A stretch of DNA of 57,898 nucleotides from Patescibacteria group bacterium (GCA_022561335.1 JADFRL010000002.1:1-57898), one strand, 5' to 3'. Positions 9,146 through 19,795 are shown, counted from the first letter of the stretch. The notes: generated from the letters alone by a model not told the origin. A program made the numbers and translations.

Positions 9146-9766
9146 ATGAGATGGGTGTTCATGGCAGTGGGTGCAATTGCGGCAGTGCTGTTGGTGTTTT
9201 ATCTCCTTGAGGATGACCAGCTCAGCTATGTCACCAACTATCCGTCGGAAGGCAATACAATTGTCGCCTTCGGTGATAGTCTCGTCCTAGGAGTTGGGTC
9301 AACAGCGGGAAACGACTTCGTGTCTGTGCTTTCAAGGAACATTGGGCTGCCTATAGAAAATCTTGGCGTGAGCGGCAATACGACTGCGCAGGGACTAGAT
9401 AGAATTAACGATGTCCTTGAAAGGGATCCTGATATAGTACTTCTTCTCTTGGGGGGTAATGATTACTTACGGCAAATTCCGAGAGAGATGATACGGCAGA
9501 ATCTAGGAAGCATAATCATAAAGCTCCATGAGGCCGGATCCATAGTTGTGCTCTTGGGGGTGCGCGGAGGTGTGCTGCGGGATAATCTCAGAGAAGACTT
9601 TGAAAACTTAGCTAGAGAGTACAACACGGCGTATGTACCAAACGTCCTCGACGGATTGATAGGTAAGCCGGAGTTCATGTATGACGGGATTCACCCAAAT
9701 GATAGGGGGTACGCTCTGATTGCGGAGAAAATTGAACCCACTTTGGAGGAATTGCTTGTACAGTAG
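9146..9766 (+). CDS. SGNH/GDSL hydrolase (arylesterase/TesA-like)
   Basis: FGDSL, GVSG, GGND, DGIHPN; N-terminal TM. Confidence 0.92.
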   Translation: MRWVFMAVGAIAAVLLVFYLLEDDQLSYVTNYPSEGNTIVAFGDSLVLGVGSTAGNDFVSVLSRNIGLPIENLGVSGNTTAQGLDRINDVLERDPDIVLLLLGGNDYLRQIPREMIRQNLGSIIIKLHEAGSIVVLLGVRGGVLRDNLREDFENLAREYNTAYVPNVLDGLIGKPEFMYDGIHPNDRGYALIAEKIEPTLEELLVQ

Positions 9767-9792
9767 CCTCAATTGCGGTATTTTATTAACGA

Positions 9793-9810
9793 CCTGCCCG
9801 TGCAGGCAGG
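9793..9810. repeat. REP-like palindrome CCTGCC-N6-GGCAGG
   Basis: CCTGCCCGTGCAGGCAGG followed by GAGCT; sibling at 50446. Confidence 0.6.
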
Positions 9811-9914
9811 GAGCTACTATATACAAGCATATAATTCCACCGCTCGGACATTGTGAAAATGAATTTTCACATGCTCCTCGCTTGAAATTATAAAGGGTGC
9901 GCTGGACCTTCTTT

Positions 9915-9944
9915 CCCCGCCGCACGCGGATGCAAGCGGCGGGG
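9915..9944. repeat. GC-rich inverted repeat
   Basis: CCCCGCCGC-N12-GCGGCGGGG. Confidence 0.5.
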
Positions 9945-10043
9945 CATACCGGAGAAAGCGAGTTCTGGTATTATCTCGATGAAACAGTGCGTCGCACTAT
10001 TTTATTGTCCCGGGGGCCTATTATAAGTAATAAATTAAGCACT

Positions 10044-10577
10044 ATGCAGGAATTTATAATTAACATCATTAAACAAAACGCAGTGGATATTATCTGGATC
10101 ACTATTTTGTTCTTTTTTGGAAAATTAATTTTGAAATTAATCGTAAAGCGGCTGGCGCGGGTAGTTGACGACGGGGATGGCGCACGTGTTTCTCAAAAAG
10201 GAAAGAGAGCGGAAACTTTGGGCCATATTATTATGTCAATCGGAAATATCGTTATTTACGCCATAATTTTATTTATGGTTCTAAATTTGTTCGGCGTCGA
10301 CATAAGACCGGTTTTGGCAGGCGCGGGCGTTATCGGTCTAGCCATTGGTTTTGGCGCCCAGTCGCTTGTAAAAGATTTTGTTTCGGGGCTGTTTATTTTA
10401 GTTGAAGATCAATATGGCATCGGCGATAAAGTAAAGATAGGCAATTCCGAAGGAAATGTTATTAGAATCACAATGCGTTCTACTGTATTAAAAGACAAGG
10501 AAGGAAAATTATATTACATATCCAATGGATCAATTAAAGATGTGATTAATATGTCCCAACAAAAAAAATCCTCGTAA
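10044..10577 (+). CDS. small-conductance mechanosensitive channel (MscS family, short)
   Basis: GAGVIGLAIGFGAQSLVKDFVSG, GDKV, RST; ATG 10044. Confidence 0.9.
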   Translation: MQEFIINIIKQNAVDIIWITILFFFGKLILKLIVKRLARVVDDGDGARVSQKGKRAETLGHIIMSIGNIVIYAIILFMVLNLFGVDIRPVLAGAGVIGLAIGFGAQSLVKDFVSGLFILVEDQYGIGDKVKIGNSEGNVIRITMRSTVLKDKEGKLYYISNGSIKDVINMSQQKKSS

Positions 10578-10756
10578 GAAATTTATATTATTTTAGAGAG
10601 GTTCGGTAAATTCGTCAGTGTGAGTTTACTTGTGATGAGCTTATCGAGCTATAGAGTGGTTTTTTCAGCAGGGGATGACTTAAATATAAAAAACCATGGG
10701 GCCTCACCGTATATCAACGGATATTGGCCACACAGTTAACTGGTGGGGAATGGGTG

Positions 10757-11518
10757 TCATCCTTGTTCCACCTCCCTACGCTCGAGGAAGGCCTTGCCAT
10801 GACCATACTCTGTATTAACCGGGATGCCTTTGAAGCAGAGTCCGTGGTCAGCACAATCTGCTTCAGAATAACTATTCCGGTTCACATCCATGAGAGCCTC
10901 GAGTCGGCGAACACCTAAGTCAGTGGCGGTGACATTACCACCATTGGCTAAAACACCGATGGCGATAAGGTTGCCGCCGACGTCTATGACGGCATGCGCT
11001 GCTCTGCGAGCAGACCCTCCTGTGGTTAAGATATCTTCCACGAGGAGAATGCGCCTGCCGTTGACATCAGCGGCAAAACCTCGTCTTAAAACAAACGCTG
11101 GGTGTTTAATGATGAGCTGGTCGCCTTTTTCAAGTGTCACAGAAACTGTTTTTCTTCCATCGATGATGTCCAATGAAATCGATGCATATTTAGATGCTGT
11201 GATAACATCCTCTTGATGCTCGGCATAGAGTGTCAGGACCTCGGGACGATCTGGTCTGAGACGAGTCAGATGGTGAGCTGTCCACTGCGATAAGGCAATA
11301 CCACCAAGAGCAGGTGAAACAACAGCATCAATGTCTTCGTCAGCAAACCGCTCTGCAATTCCCGAACAGAGCTTGGATGCGACACTCGAGAGGAGAGTAG
11401 CGCGATCTTTTGCCACGTAGGTGTCAAGATGTAAACCACTTGTACCTACGAAATGGCCCTTGAGAATTGCACCCTGTGCTTCTAATAGCTTTCGAGTACG
11501 GTCGGGGGTCATACTCAT
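10757..11518 (-). CDS. pyrE: orotate phosphoribosyltransferase
   Basis: GHFVGTSGLH..Y, PALGG, PRPP motif LLVEDILTTGGS; next to pyrF. Confidence 0.85.
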   Translation of the reverse strand: MSMTPDRTRKLLEAQGAILKGHFVGTSGLHLDTYVAKDRATLLSSVASKLCSGIAERFADEDIDAVVSPALGGIALSQWTAHHLTRLRPDRPEVLTLYAEHQEDVITASKYASISLDIIDGRKTVSVTLEKGDQLIIKHPAFVLRRGFAADVNGRRILLVEDILTTGGSARRAAHAVIDVGGNLIAIGVLANGGNVTATDLGVRRLEALMDVNRNSYSEADCADHGLCFKGIPVNTEYGHGKAFLERREVEQG

Positions 11519-11548
11519 AGTTTTTCTCCTTTCCCCTTACTTACTCAA

Positions 11549-12274
11549 TCATGTGGCTGTCTGTGATTCGACGAGATTAAGTACCTTTTGCAGGTTCCTT
11601 ATGGGATCCTCTGCTTTCGTGACAGTGCTTCCAAGAACGAGGATGTTGGCACCGTCTCTTGCAGCCTGATCTGGTGAGCCCATACGAACCTGTCCGCGAG
11701 CCTCAGTGTCACCTGGCAATCTAATTCCAGGAACCGCGAAGAGCATACCGTCGAGGGCTGGATTTTGTGAAAGGACACCGACCTCTTTCGCTGAGCAAAC
11801 AACTCCGTGGGCTCCAGCCGATTTAGCCAGTATTGCAAGACGTAGTGCCTCATCCTGTATATTGACACCAGGAGGTAAATCGTCATCGTCAAGGGAGGTA
11901 AGTAAAGTCACGGCGAAGATCCGGGGTGGGCCATACTCAACAGCGGCCTCGATCATTTTGCGCCCTCCCTGAGCGTGGACAGTGGCCGTGTCAATACCGG
12001 CCAGTCTGGCTTGGAGGGCTCGATTAGCAACCGTACCTGGGGTGTCGTGAAATTTCAGGTCGGCCCAGAGATTTAATGCTCTGACACTTCCTTTGGTTTT
12101 AGGGTTTTTATTCCAAGCGTCCCGCAACCCCTTCAATAGGTACGGGTAATTCCATTGGGTATCCCAGAGATCGTTGAGTTTGAGGCCGTCAAGCAAATGC
12201 GCGGTTTTGCGTACGATATTGAAGGCTTTATCAGGACTCATGCCATCAAGGGCTAGGTAAAGTGTGGTTTTCAA
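11549..12274 (-). CDS. pyrF: orotidine-5'-phosphate decarboxylase
   Basis: LALD, DLKFHDTPGTV, VTLLTS, GVVCS, VPGIR. Confidence 0.92.
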   Translation of the reverse strand: MKTTLYLALDGMSPDKAFNIVRKTAHLLDGLKLNDLWDTQWNYPYLLKGLRDAWNKNPKTKGSVRALNLWADLKFHDTPGTVANRALQARLAGIDTATVHAQGGRKMIEAAVEYGPPRIFAVTLLTSLDDDDLPPGVNIQDEALRLAILAKSAGAHGVVCSAKEVGVLSQNPALDGMLFAVPGIRLPGDTEARGQVRMGSPDQAARDGANILVLGSTVTKAEDPIRNLQKVLNLVESQTAT

Positions 12275-12503
12275 GGCTCTTCTCCTTCTTTAGATATTGA
12301 ACTTTCGATATTAAAGAACTCTCCAGGCAGACTATCAAAGGAATACTGGACGCGCAACAAGCTATAATACTATGACACACACTCGCCTAAATCATAGGCA
12401 TAAAAGAAACCCTCTCTTTCGGGGATAACTTGGTTTTTGGGTTTATAAGTCCCTGATATAATGTAGGCACTGCATTTATATGTAGCGGAATGCTTTATTA
12501 TCT

Positions 12504-12770
12504 ATGAAAGATGTAGCTCTTGAAATGCTCACTTCTCCCGGCTGCCATAACTGTGCGATCTTTGCCGCATTTTGGGAAACTGAAAAGAGAAACTGGCCCA
12601 ATGTGACGTTTAAAGAAGTAAATATTACAGAGCCAGAAGGGCAGGAGTTGGCACAGAAACACATGATCATGGCTTCTCCGGGGATTATCATAAACGGAGA
12701 GCTATTCTCTACAGGCGGTGTCAATCAAAAGGAATTTTTAGAAAAGCTAAAGGAGCTTTCAGCAGAATAG
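12504..12770 (+). CDS. thioredoxin/glutaredoxin-like protein
   Basis: SPGCHNC, cis-Pro SPGIIING. Confidence 0.85.
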   Translation: MKDVALEMLTSPGCHNCAIFAAFWETEKRNWPNVTFKEVNITEPEGQELAQKHMIMASPGIIINGELFSTGGVNQKEFLEKLKELSAE

Positions 12771-12804
12771 ACTTTTATAGCAAGAGAATAATTAAGTAAT
12801 ACTT

Positions 12805-15333
12805 ATGGAAGAACACGTACATGAAGCGATGGGCACTGAACCAGAAGTAGATACAGGACAGCCAAGTGCCGATGACAAAAAAATTAGATTTCGTTTAGCA
12901 ATGACAGGATTTGTCCTGTTCATTATTTTTGTTATAGGCATCTTTTGGTTCCTATCCAATCCAGAAATGGGTGCTGGGCTCACACTTTCATTTATCGCAG
13001 GGCTTACCATGATATTTTTGCCGTGCACGCTTCCTATGGCGTTTGTCATCGTACCGATGACGCTCGGCAAGGCTCCGATGAAGGGCTTCCTCATGGCGCT
13101 ATTCTTTGGATTAGGACTTGCGATCACACTCTCTTTTTACGGCGTGTTCATTGCATTTATTGGAAAATTCCTGGGTCTAACCGCAGCAACACAGATTATG
13201 CTTATTGTGGGCGGCTCCGCCTCGCTATTTTTTGGAATTTCGGAAATAGGGCTTATTAAATTTCGTCTGCCGTCATATACCGGTAAATTTCCTGATTTTA
13301 TTCAAAAGCAAGGTGACTACATCAAAGTATTCCTTCTCGGACTTTTCTTGGGGAATGCTGGAGTCGGGTGTCCTAATCCTGCGTTTTACGTGCTCATGGG
13401 TTATATTGCTACCGTTGGGGACCTCTTTAATGGCTGGTTCCTAGGATTTGTTCACGGAGTTGGACGGGCAGTTCCGCTTATCTTTCTTGCGATCCTTGGA
13501 ATTCTTGGTATCAATGCGACAAGTAAAGTTGCCGGAAAGCAAGAAATTATTGAAAAATATATGGGGTGGGTACTTATATTTATCGGTGCTTTTATTATGA
13601 CATTCGGACTTTTTGGACACGACTGGTTTATTTCGTCAGGGTTTCATACCACATGGGAAAAGGTAGTTGTTGCGGTTGCAGGTGAACAATTTGGAGAAAA
13701 TATTCTTCAGCATAACCATAGACTGGTAGATATTAAGGGGTTCATCGAGTATGGAAATATGTTTTTCTTGGGGCTCGTAGGACTCATCATTGCATTATTT
13801 GCAAAATTCAATAAACCGAGTAAGAAATTTCTCACGAGGCTTCTCATACTCTATGCGGTTCTCGTACTTTCTATTGGTTATATGACCGGCTGGACGTTTA
13901 AGTTAAGCATCGATGTTACACCTCACGATAGTAGGGCGATCTCAGGGGAAGGGGAAGCTGTAGTGCCTTTTGGTCTTGACGGTGCTTTCGTACAAGATGA
14001 TGGAAAGGTAAGAACCGCAGATGGGGGTAATGCGGACGGCGCACATGTGATGCCTGACGGGACGGTAATGAGTGGAAGTGGAGCAGTGATCTCTGGAGCT
14101 CATGTCATGCCTGATGGCACCGTGATGGTAATGCAAAAGGTGAGTGCGTCTGTTATTTCGTCACTTCCCAAAAGAAGTCCAGCAGATCGAATTTCCGAGC
14201 TACCTTATGTCATGAAAGACGGTGTCAAGGAGTTCCGCCTCACGGTTGATGAAATTCAGTGGGAATACGAGCCGGGGCGGTACATTCATGCGTGGGCATA
14301 TAACGGTCAAATACCGGGCCCAACCATTCGTGCCACAGAAGGAGAAAAAGTGCGTGTCATAGTAAAGAACAACTTGCCTGACGCTACAACCATCCACTGG
14401 CACGGCCAAGCTATTAACTGGGAAGCAGATGGTGTTCCCAATCTTACACAAAAACCGATCGAGCCGGGTGAAGAGTTTGTTTATGAATTTTCACCAAAAC
14501 CAGAAGGAACGAAATGGTATCATTCACACGGGAATAATGAAAAAACAGTAGCACAACAAGTAGACATGGGCCTCTCAGGCGTGTTTATTATAGAGCCAAA
14601 AGTACCGACAGTTGAATATGACAGAGAATATATACTTCTTCTCGACGAATGGAATATTCTTCCCGGAGGTGTCAATCCGGCTATAGGACACGTGCACGGC
14701 GCCGCAACACCGGGAGCCGTTCCAGAATTCAATACCTTTACTATAAATGGACGCATCTTCCCCTACATTGATCCGATCAAAGTTAAAGAGGGAGAAAAAG
14801 TGCTGATTCGAATTGTAAATGGGGGAACCTCTGCATTTCACCCCATGCATACGCATGGCCATGATTTCGAACTCGTAGCACTTGACGGCAATCCGGTGCC
14901 GAAAGCCGCAATACAAAAGCGAAATGTATATACAATACACCCCGGTGAAACTGCCGACTTCTTACTCACTGCAGACAATCCCGGCAATTGGCTTTTCCAC
15001 TGCCACCAGGCACATCATGCAGCAGCCGGTATGGTCATGCTTATTGAATACGAGGGGTTTGATGGTCCAACAACGGATGATCTTCGAAAAATGAAAGCGG
15101 AAGCAGCAGATATTGCGGGGATACATATCATGGCGGATGGAACCGTTATGCTTGGGAGTGGCGAAGCAGTGGAGGGCGCCGAGGTTACAAGCGACGGAAT
15201 GATCAAGCTTCCAGGTGGTAAAATGGTAACTCCGGTCATGGATATGCGTGAGGGTGGATCTATGGATGAAATAAAGATGGAAACTGACGATCATGAACAC
15301 GCGTCCGAAATACCAGATGACCATACACATTGA
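12805..15333 (+). CDS. CcdA/DsbD-beta membrane domain fused to two-domain multicopper oxidase with His/Met repeats
   Basis: FLPCTLP and GVGCPNP; IHWHG, WYHSH, HPMHTHGH, FHCHQAHHAAAGM; HVMPDGTVM repeats. Confidence 0.85.
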   Translation: MEEHVHEAMGTEPEVDTGQPSADDKKIRFRLAMTGFVLFIIFVIGIFWFLSNPEMGAGLTLSFIAGLTMIFLPCTLPMAFVIVPMTLGKAPMKGFLMALFFGLGLAITLSFYGVFIAFIGKFLGLTAATQIMLIVGGSASLFFGISEIGLIKFRLPSYTGKFPDFIQKQGDYIKVFLLGLFLGNAGVGCPNPAFYVLMGYIATVGDLFNGWFLGFVHGVGRAVPLIFLAILGILGINATSKVAGKQEIIEKYMGWVLIFIGAFIMTFGLFGHDWFISSGFHTTWEKVVVAVAGEQFGENILQHNHRLVDIKGFIEYGNMFFLGLVGLIIALFAKFNKPSKKFLTRLLILYAVLVLSIGYMTGWTFKLSIDVTPHDSRAISGEGEAVVPFGLDGAFVQDDGKVRTADGGNADGAHVMPDGTVMSGSGAVISGAHVMPDGTVMVMQKVSASVISSLPKRSPADRISELPYVMKDGVKEFRLTVDEIQWEYEPGRYIHAWAYNGQIPGPTIRATEGEKVRVIVKNNLPDATTIHWHGQAINWEADGVPNLTQKPIEPGEEFVYEFSPKPEGTKWYHSHGNNEKTVAQQVDMGLSGVFIIEPKVPTVEYDREYILLLDEWNILPGGVNPAIGHVHGAATPGAVPEFNTFTINGRIFPYIDPIKVKEGEKVLIRIVNGGTSAFHPMHTHGHDFELVALDGNPVPKAAIQKRNVYTIHPGETADFLLTADNPGNWLFHCHQAHHAAAGMVMLIEYEGFDGPTTDDLRKMKAEAADIAGIHIMADGTVMLGSGEAVEGAEVTSDGMIKLPGGKMVTPVMDMREGGSMDEIKMETDDHEHASEIPDDHTH

Positions 15334-15375
15334 TTATTTTTTTAGAGATGTTAGAAGTATAAACAACTAAAAAAT

Positions 15376-15681
15376 ATGAATAAACGTCTAATCATTGGAA
15401 TTGTAATAGCCCTCATTGTTGTTGTTGGAATACTGATGTTTGGAAATAATGAGACAGAAATGCAATCGTATGAAGGAATACATATTATGGCGAACGGAAC
15501 CGTAATGCTTCCAAATGGCGAAGAGGTGGAAGGTGCTGAGGTTACAGAGGACGGAATGATCAAGCTTCCGAACGGTGCAATCATAGAGCCAGTAATGGAT
15601 TTAAGAAAAGGAGGGTCTATGGGTGAAATGAAGATGGAAAATGATGAGGACATGCCGATGGAAATGGAAGGGGATGGATAA
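15376..15681 (+). CDS. membrane-anchored Met/His-rich protein, paralog of the oxidase C-terminal domain
   Basis: N-terminal TM then GIHIMANGTVML..GAEVTEDGMIKLP..PVMD. Confidence 0.75.
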   Translation: MNKRLIIGIVIALIVVVGILMFGNNETEMQSYEGIHIMANGTVMLPNGEEVEGAEVTEDGMIKLPNGAIIEPVMDLRKGGSMGEMKMENDEDMPMEMEGDG

Positions 15682-15685
15682 GAGC

Positions 15686-16036
15686 ATGGGTAAAAAGTCA
15701 AAAATCAAAATGACACGTCAAATGCCAAAGCTGTTTTTATTTGGGGTGATTACCGTATTGGTACTGCTCTTTGTACTTGCTGTACCAACTTTAGGGTATG
15801 CTGACGAGGGTCATACAGAAAATGTTCCTCACAACGAAACTTCACAATTACCTGTACTACCTATTGAAGAAGATGATGATTTTGTCGGAGACAGGCATGC
15901 CGACCATACGCATGCAATAACAGTAAAAGAACCTTGGTATCAGGATGGGCAGTGGTGGATATTTTTTATTATATCCCTTTTTCTTATAGCACTTTTTTCG
16001 TTTGGAGTTTATAGATATTTGCAGGTTAAGGATTGA
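15686..16036 (+). CDS. small His-rich membrane protein
   Basis: Signal/TM, HADHTH, C-terminal TM; start uncertain. Confidence 0.6.
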   Translation: MGKKSKIKMTRQMPKLFLFGVITVLVLLFVLAVPTLGYADEGHTENVPHNETSQLPVLPIEEDDDFVGDRHADHTHAITVKEPWYQDGQWWIFFIISLFLIALFSFGVYRYLQVKD

Positions 16037-16157
16037 CGTATGAATCTCGATAGTAATCACGGACACTTATACTATATATAATGAGAAAGTTGATTATTTA
16101 TAAAAAGTTTAATTATATGGTAAGGATATTATTAGTCCGTACCCTATTACTATCGGG

Positions 16158-16907
16158 ATGAACAAATATATAATAATTGTAATAGTTCTCGTGCTCATAA
16201 TTGCAAGTGGCGCTGTATATCGGGCAAAATTTGTACCAGAAGTAGAAAAGGCAGTGGTTACCGGTATAGAACGTTCTATATCTATTGTGACATTTGAAAA
16301 TACATGGGCGTTTGAACCGGAGTTTATTGAAGCTGATCAAGGTGACAAGATAATCTTTACCATAACCAATCGAGACGATTACGATCACGGGTTTGCCATT
16401 GATGCATTCGGTATTTCACAACGAATGCCGGCAAAAAGCACCATTGTTATTGAATTTGTTGTGACACAAGCAGGTGATTTCCCCTACTACTGCTCTGTGT
16501 CCTGTGGATCCGGTCTTGTCGATGGTGAAAAGAGAGGTCACTTTAATCAAGTCGGACGGCTTCATGTAAAGAGCATAATTAGCGAGACGTCTGATTTTGG
16601 AAAAACAGTTTCCGACGAAGATTTTGCAAAATCTGCACGGCATGCATCCGCTGTTGCACCAGCTAATGAGAAAGCAGAAGAGCTTGGATATGATGTGTCA
16701 AATTTGGAGATTCTCTTTGACGAGGATAATACACTGTGGGGAATCTATGTTGATTCAGAAGACATCGATGTGAAAGAATTAAATCTTTCGGAAGAGCAGC
16801 AGTACCAATCAATTCTCTATCGGGACAACGATTCAAATCCTGTATTGTGGATCTTTATCGATAGTTTTGAGGGGGAGGTAATTAATGTATTTGAAGTAGG
16901 AGAATAA
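16158..16907 (+). CDS. cupredoxin-domain protein (CuA-like)
   Basis: WAFEP, HGF, YYCSVSCG..GHFNQ. Confidence 0.8.
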   Translation: MNKYIIIVIVLVLIIASGAVYRAKFVPEVEKAVVTGIERSISIVTFENTWAFEPEFIEADQGDKIIFTITNRDDYDHGFAIDAFGISQRMPAKSTIVIEFVVTQAGDFPYYCSVSCGSGLVDGEKRGHFNQVGRLHVKSIISETSDFGKTVSDEDFAKSARHASAVAPANEKAEELGYDVSNLEILFDEDNTLWGIYVDSEDIDVKELNLSEEQQYQSILYRDNDSNPVLWIFIDSFEGEVINVFEVGE

Positions 16908-16982
16908 AAATGAAAAATCAAATTTTAAAAGTAGAAAATGAAACAGGATGTGTATTTCTAAGGTGAATTATTACGCAACTAT

Positions 16983-19421
16983 ATGACTAAACTTGTACTG
17001 AAAGTTAAAGGAATGCACTGCGCTTCTTGCTCGATACTTATTGATAAGTTGCTTTCAAAACAGGAGGGAGTAATAAGCGTAAAGACAAATTATAGTGCTA
17101 GTAAAACGGCACTTGAGTTTGATGAGTCAAAAATAACGCTTGAAGAGATCGATGCGTTTGTAAATAAGCTTGGCTATGATGTCATTCGACCAGATGAAGA
17201 AAAAGGAACCATTGAAGAAGAAGAGGTAATAGAAGAGAAACAAATTAAGCTGGCAAAACGGCGTGTCATTGCGTCATTTGTTATTGCCTCTCCCATCATC
17301 GCTTACTACATGCTCATACACATGTTCAATATTCCCCATGTGCATGAGGTTTTTGCTCTTCTTAAACTCTTTGGAATCAATATAGATACTACGCTCCGAA
17401 TTGATTTGAACTATGTCTATTGGATATTGAGTACTCCCATTCAGTTTATTATCGGGTGGCCTTTTTATCGCAACGCTTACACTGCAGTTCGTGTGGGAGC
17501 GGCGAATATGGATGTACTTGTGGTGCTGGGAACTTCAGCTGCGTACTTTTATAGCATGTTGGGGTTTCTCTGGTTTAATATTGACCATCCTTTCTGGGAA
17601 AGCTCCGCGGCTCTTATTTCATTCATCTTGCTGGGGCGTTATATTGAGGTGCTTGCAAAAGGTCGTGCATCAAGTGCTATTAAAGAGCTCTTAAAATTAG
17701 AGGCTAAAGAAGCTCATGTTGAGCGGGATGGGCATGAGATAACTGTTCCTCTTGATGAGCTTACCGAGGGAGACATTGTCATTGTGAAGCCTGGAGAAAA
17801 GATTCCTGTTGACGGTATTATTATAGAAGGCGTGTCACACATTGATGAAAAAGTGGTAACGGGGGAATCGTTTCCTGTTAAAAAAGAGGTGGGCGCTGAG
17901 GTTATAGGCGCCACGGTTAATCAGGAAGGACGTTTCAAATTCAAAGCGACAAAAGTCGGGAAGGACACCCTCTTGTATCAAATCATTACCATGGTTGAAG
18001 AAGCGCAGGCTAGCCGTGCGCCTGTTCAGGACCTTGTCGACAAGATTAGCGAATACTTTGTTCCAGCTGTTGTTGTTTTATCTGTTTTAGTCTTTGCCGG
18101 CTGGGTATTTGTTGCAGGATTGCCATTTAGAACCGGGCTTTTGAGGATGATTGCCGTACTTGTTATTTCGTGTCCCTGCGCCATGGGACTTGCGACACCG
18201 ACTGCTCTTGTTATCGGTATTGGTCGTGCTGCCAAGTTTGGGATTATTTTAAAGGGTGGAGAGGCACTTGAGAAAGCCTATAGAGTAACCTCAATAATAT
18301 TTGATAAGACAGGGACACTGACCATCGGAAAACCGGTTGTCACCGACTTTGTAATGCTTAGAGAAGATATTTCAAAGGACGACGCTTTATATATGGCCGC
18401 GTCAGCAGAAATGGGATCGGAGCACCCGCTCGCACGTGCTATCATCGAAAAAGGCCAAGAGCAAGGAGATCTTGCAGATCCGAAGGATTTCAAGGCAGTT
18501 CAGGGTATGGGTATTCAGGCAGTTATTAAGCGAGGTAACGATAGAACGGTTGATATCGGCAATCTTACTTACATGGGCAAGCTCAACATAGATGTTACAG
18601 CATACACTGAGCAGCTTGAAAAACTGCAGTATGAGGCAAAGACAGTGGTCTTTATGCTTGTGGATGGTAAGCCAGCAGCCCTCATTGCAATGGCAGATAC
18701 TCTAAAACCGTATGCTAAAGAGGCGATCGACGAATTGAAAAAAATGGGCAAGGAAATCATTATGATTACGGGTGATAATATAAAAACCGCTGAAGCCATT
18801 GGTCGTGAGGTGGGAATTGATAGGGTTCTCGCTGAAGTGCTTCCTCAAGATAAGGCTCTGCAAGTAAAGAAATTACAAGACGAGGGGAAAAAGGTTGCCA
18901 TGGTGGGAGATGGTATAAATGACTCACCCGCACTTGCGCAATCCGATCTCGGTATAGCTATTGGTTCAGGAACTGACGTGGCGATTGAAACAGGAGATGT
19001 TGTTCTTGTGAAGGATGATCTTCGGGATGTGGTCACCGCGCTTCAACTATCTAGGAAGACGATTAAAAAGATATGGCAGAATCTTTTCTGGGCGTTTTTC
19101 TATAACGTTGCCGCAATTCCAATTGCAGGAGGTGCGCATCTTTTGATTACACAATCATCACTGGGTATTGCAGCAGCATGGGTAGTTGCCATTCAATCCA
19201 AATTTGCAGGAGCAGGGCAAATCTTCTTCAATTTATCACAGGCAACACTTCGGCCAGAAATTGCCGGCTTTGCCATGGCATTTAGCTCAGTTTCAGTTGT
19301 TCTCAATTCATTGCTGCTTAAGCGTTATGTACCTCCTATTGAAAAGAAGATTGCCGATAGTGAAGATAAAGGCAAAAGAGGAGGAAGTATGGCTGAATCA
19401 GTAGTAAAACCTGCCACGTAG
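16983..19421 (+). CDS. copA: Cu(I)-translocating P1B-type ATPase
   Basis: GMHCASC, TGES, CPC, DKTGT, GDGIND, YN, MAFSS. Confidence 0.93.
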   Translation: MTKLVLKVKGMHCASCSILIDKLLSKQEGVISVKTNYSASKTALEFDESKITLEEIDAFVNKLGYDVIRPDEEKGTIEEEEVIEEKQIKLAKRRVIASFVIASPIIAYYMLIHMFNIPHVHEVFALLKLFGINIDTTLRIDLNYVYWILSTPIQFIIGWPFYRNAYTAVRVGAANMDVLVVLGTSAAYFYSMLGFLWFNIDHPFWESSAALISFILLGRYIEVLAKGRASSAIKELLKLEAKEAHVERDGHEITVPLDELTEGDIVIVKPGEKIPVDGIIIEGVSHIDEKVVTGESFPVKKEVGAEVIGATVNQEGRFKFKATKVGKDTLLYQIITMVEEAQASRAPVQDLVDKISEYFVPAVVVLSVLVFAGWVFVAGLPFRTGLLRMIAVLVISCPCAMGLATPTALVIGIGRAAKFGIILKGGEALEKAYRVTSIIFDKTGTLTIGKPVVTDFVMLREDISKDDALYMAASAEMGSEHPLARAIIEKGQEQGDLADPKDFKAVQGMGIQAVIKRGNDRTVDIGNLTYMGKLNIDVTAYTEQLEKLQYEAKTVVFMLVDGKPAALIAMADTLKPYAKEAIDELKKMGKEIIMITGDNIKTAEAIGREVGIDRVLAEVLPQDKALQVKKLQDEGKKVAMVGDGINDSPALAQSDLGIAIGSGTDVAIETGDVVLVKDDLRDVVTALQLSRKTIKKIWQNLFWAFFYNVAAIPIAGGAHLLITQSSLGIAAAWVVAIQSKFAGAGQIFFNLSQATLRPEIAGFAMAFSSVSVVLNSLLLKRYVPPIEKKIADSEDKGKRGGSMAESVVKPAT

Positions 19422-19448
19422 GATTACTATAATAAACAACACAAACTT

Positions 19449-19655
19449 ATGGAGACAATAGAGTTAAACATAGAAGGTATGCATTGCGGTGCTTGTGCAA
19501 CAGGCATTCAGATGATCGCATCAGGAATTGATGGGGTGGAATCGGCGTTTGTTGACTACGACGGGAAAAAGGGAAAATTCGAATTAGATTCTTCAAAAGC
19601 AAGTAAGGAGCAGATCATTAAAGCTATAGGAGAACTTGGCTATACAGCGTCCTAA
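19449..19655 (+). CDS. heavy-metal-associated copper chaperone (CopZ-like)
   Basis: GMHCGAC HMA motif. Confidence 0.88.
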   Translation: METIELNIEGMHCGACATGIQMIASGIDGVESAFVDYDGKKGKFELDSSKASKEQIIKAIGELGYTAS

Positions 19656-19673
19656 AGTAGAATCAATGTATGG

Positions 19674-19795
19674 ATCCCGTTAGAGGCTGCGGTCGCCCAT
19701 TGAGTTTACAAGATTATGTTTCAAGGTCAGATATTGTTATGAATAAATTAGCAAGAAGCAGTTTTTACATGACCGCGACCTGCCTCTAACAGAAT
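19674..19795. mobile_element. inverted-repeat element (CCCGTTAGAG family), intergenic copy
   Basis: ATCCCGTTAGAGGC..GGTCGC / GCGACC.GCCTCTAACAGAAT; ATGGA at both ends (19670, 19794). Confidence 0.6.

Noticed and set aside
9897-10043. N-terminal extension of MscS
   Set aside because: Runs through a palindromic repeat; MscS-like sequence starts at ATG 10044.
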